From contig NC_057749.1 in the NCBI RefSeq assembly GCF_004010195.1, positions 16,246,524 to 16,310,523 on the forward strand: a stretch of 64,000 nucleotides of DNA, read 5' to 3'. This document shows positions 61,001 to 64,000 of this stretch, piece by piece. The notes under the pieces were generated by a model. That model ran no database searches and had not been told where the DNA came from. It was given only the letters and a program-made list of their open reading frames with translations. A program made the translations under genes and the position numbers. Source of the stretch: Chiloscyllium plagiosum. Its lineage: Eukaryota. The number at the start of each line of letters is the position of its first letter. The stretch's first letter is position 1.

Positions 61001-62200
61001 GTACCAGTCTCAGACTGATCTCTTTCCTAACGATCTCCCTGGGTCCTACCCACTCACCTACTAGTTTAAATCCTCTTGAACAGCTCGAGCAAATCTCCCC
61101 GTCAGTATATTAGTCCCCTTTCCCAACTGTACCAGTCTCAGACTGATCTCTTTCCTAACGATCCCTACTAGTTTCCCCACTCACCTACTAGTTTAAATCC
61201 TCTTGAACAGCTCGAGCAAATCTCCCCATCAGTATATTAGTCCCCTTTCAATTCAGGTGCAATCTGTCCTTCTTATAAAGGTCACCTCAAGCCCAGAAGA
61301 GATTCCAATGATCCAAAAATGTGAACCCTTCACCCCTGTACCAGCTCCTTGGCTATGTATTCATCCGTTCTATCCTCCTATTCATACCTTCACTAGCTCA
61401 TGGCATTGGGACTAATCCAGATATTACTACCCTCGAGGACCTCCTTTTTAAATTCCTGCCTAACTTCCTTTACTCTCCCTTCAGAATATTAACCTTTTCC
61501 TATTTTGTTAGTTCCAATGTATACAACAATCTCCTGCTGGTCCCTCTGCCCTTTTAGAATATGCTCCACCCTCCCCAAGATATCCTTGATCCTGGCACAA
61601 GGGCAGTAACACCCCATTCTGATTTCTTGCTATTAGCTGCAGAAATGTCTGTCTCTGCCTCTGACTAGAGAGTTCCCTATCAAGGTCGATCGCTTGGAAC
61701 CTGACATATGCCTCGTTACAGACAGTCTTAGTAGCAGAAACCTGGCTGCCTGTGCTATATTCCCCTACATTTTCCAAAACAGCATACTCGTTTGAGATAG
61801 GGATAGCCACAAGGTACTCCTGCACAACCTGCCTCCCTCTCCTTCCTTTCCCGGAGGTAACCCAGCTACCTGACTGTATCTTCGGTTTATCTCCCTCCCT
61901 GCAACTGCCATCTATTACGCACCCTAGCTCCTGTAAATTCCGCATTGCTTCTAACTGCCGCTCCTACTGATCCATGCGATCCGATAGGATTTGCAACAAA
62001 ACACACTTCCTGTAGACATAATAGTCAGTAACATGGAAACTCTGCCTAATCTCCCACATCTGCCTGGAAGAGCACACCACTCTATTAAAGGCCATCATTG
62101 CACTTTAACAATCTACAGACCCAGAAAACAGCAGTCTTACTGCTCCAAAAAAGACACTGCTCCAGGCTAAATAAATACCTATATTTCATATTTTTAAAAT
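58100..62200. mobile_element. Cluster of decayed CR1 LINE segments, including a minus-strand 5' portion with ORF1 remnant (about 59600-62200)
   Basis: LVTPHMEYCVQVW (58297-58530 -), IKVDKSPGP (59256-59462 +), VAIPISNEYAVL (61508-61945 -). Confidence 0.85.
60991..61249 (+). repeat. About 128-bp tandem duplication inside a CR1 remnant
   Basis: TTTCCCAACTGTACCAGTCTCAGACTGATC...CAGTATATTAGTCCCC occurs twice. Confidence 0.88.
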
Positions 62201-64000
62201 TTAATCAAGAGACAGAGCTTAATAAAACATAATAAAAAAAACCCCACTCTACTCACTATTGTTGATTTACAGAAAAAAGTAAGCCCACAAGTGACTAAAA
62301 TAAAAAAATTGCATTTGGGAACTTACGCAGAGATTAACTTGAGATCAATTACTGTTGTTTATAGAAGATGCTTCAGATTGGTATATCTTTGGCCTAACAT
62401 CTTAGAGGAATCAAGTTATTTCCAGACGAGCGAGACCAGCCGGAAAGATTTAGTGTTTTTATTCAATCTTTTTACCTCTAAAACCAGTGTTTAGTTGTAC
62501 TTTATTGATATCTTTCATATGTCTTCTGCAATATGACAGATGCATCATGAACATTTTGATTTTTTGTAAAGAACTGATGCTATTTGTAGCTCTGAGTGAT
62601 TTAAGGATCATGGTGGTTGAATAGCCTACCAATAGCAATGGTTATGACCAATATTTGAAGACTAAGGCCTTTCTTGAGGGCGAAGGAGGGCAGCCAGCAT
62701 CCATAGAAATGTACATGAGTTGTAGTCTGGACAGACAACATCTAAGCTCCATCAGCTCAGTGCTGACATTTCTGCCTCAGAGTCAGATGGTTCAAAGTTT
62801 CACTCTTGAAAGCTAAGCACAGAAACCAGGCTTCACATCATACTGAGCAAATCCTACATGTCTCCAATATATGGTCCTTTGGATGGGTCATTAAGCCATG
62901 ACACCTACTAGGCAGAGGGTAAAATCAGACATAAGGTGCACAGCAATCAAACAGCCTGTTTCCACTCCATGGCTTTGGAGCAGACAAAAAAAAAGCTTGA
63001 AGACATTAAAAAAACCTGAATTTCAGATGTTAAATCACAACTGCACAAGTGCACTTTTAAAAATAAATTTATTATACATTATGTACACAAACACATTATG
63101 TACAGTGCACATCTTCACAGTACAGGTGAAATTTCACATCCTCAATAACCAAAACTTTCAAATATTACTAGTAATAAATGTTACATACTTGAAGATTTTG
63201 CCAGGAACTGCAACAGTCCAACTCAAAAAGGCTTTCAGACATTAGTTACTAAAGTACCTACAATTATACCACATTAAAGTAAATTACACAGAACTTGTAA
63301 ACAGAGGAATGTAAAAATATATACTGTACAAGGGGCAGGAAAATTAAATTAAAAGGGAAGTGCTTCAGTTGAAGAGTACCAGTGAAATGGAACAAACAAC
63401 CTCTCCCTTTGTGGTTTTCTGTAACACAATCAGCCAGTTTTCATGTTCAAACTGCCCTGAGTAACCTGGTCAAAGTCAGGACATTATCTGAGGAGATTCC
63501 CATTGATGTCAAACACCCTAGGACACAGGAAAGGAAAAAAGTCAGGCTGTCTGCTACTATGTCTCACCAATCCTATGTAAAATGAGTGCAGACAGGTGTT
63601 TATCAGGCTTTGCTAAATTCTTTTCACTTACACCCCTCAAATTATCATACTTGATGTTTGCCATTAACAGGCCCCCATATCAACTTATCGAGGAACCAGA
63701 GGTCAAAATCCAGGAATTAGTGCTTTTGAGACAGTAGAGGATAAAGTTCAAGATCTAAAATATACTTTAGTTGAACATTTTAAACTTTAGAGTCTTTGAA
63801 TTAAATGCGTTCCTTCAAACACAAATCACAGGTATTTACAGAGGTTCCATGTGTTTTCAGGGCAGAATAGTTCCAGCCCGACAGATCATGCATTTTTGGC
63901 ATATCATAAAAATGAATTAAAATTAACTCTCCACAATTCACAGAACCATAGTTTTGCTCTTGTGCAGAAACATTTCCTCACAATAAAGAAGTTTCAAATC

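Noticed and set aside
62328-62394. Exon-like segment with ttag acceptor and gtaagt donor on the minus strand
   Set aside because: Stops in all three frames and no evidence linking it to a transcript.

Overview
Vertebrate genomic DNA, very probably from a cartilaginous fish (shark), inferred from the HE1-type tRNA SINEs, Deu-domain SINEs, CR1 LINEs and Penelope-derived repeats. I reconstructed two intron-rich minus-strand genes by hand from splice sites and reading phase. (1) The complete coding region of PRC1 (protein regulator of cytokinesis 1): 14 coding exons, 56621->38374, about 612 aa, one GC-AG intron, and a compact CHR/CCAAT/MYB/NRF1 G2/M-type promoter. (2) The 5' 17 exons of stereocilin (STRC), 29434->1051, continuing beyond the window start. 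Gene identities rest on recalled human protein sequences; no database search was run. The unusual structure clusters in STRC: an exact tandem duplication of frame-shifting exon 9, a 131-bp inverted copy of exon 12 plus its donor site in intron 6 (predicted long-range pre-mRNA duplex), a candidate 26-nt poison micro-exon, a Cys-repeat array in exon 4, and inverted minisatellites. Several short fold-back repeat families carry minimal hammerhead-ribozyme cores inside introns of both genes. No prokaryotic features, CRISPR arrays, rRNA or bona fide tRNA genes are supported.
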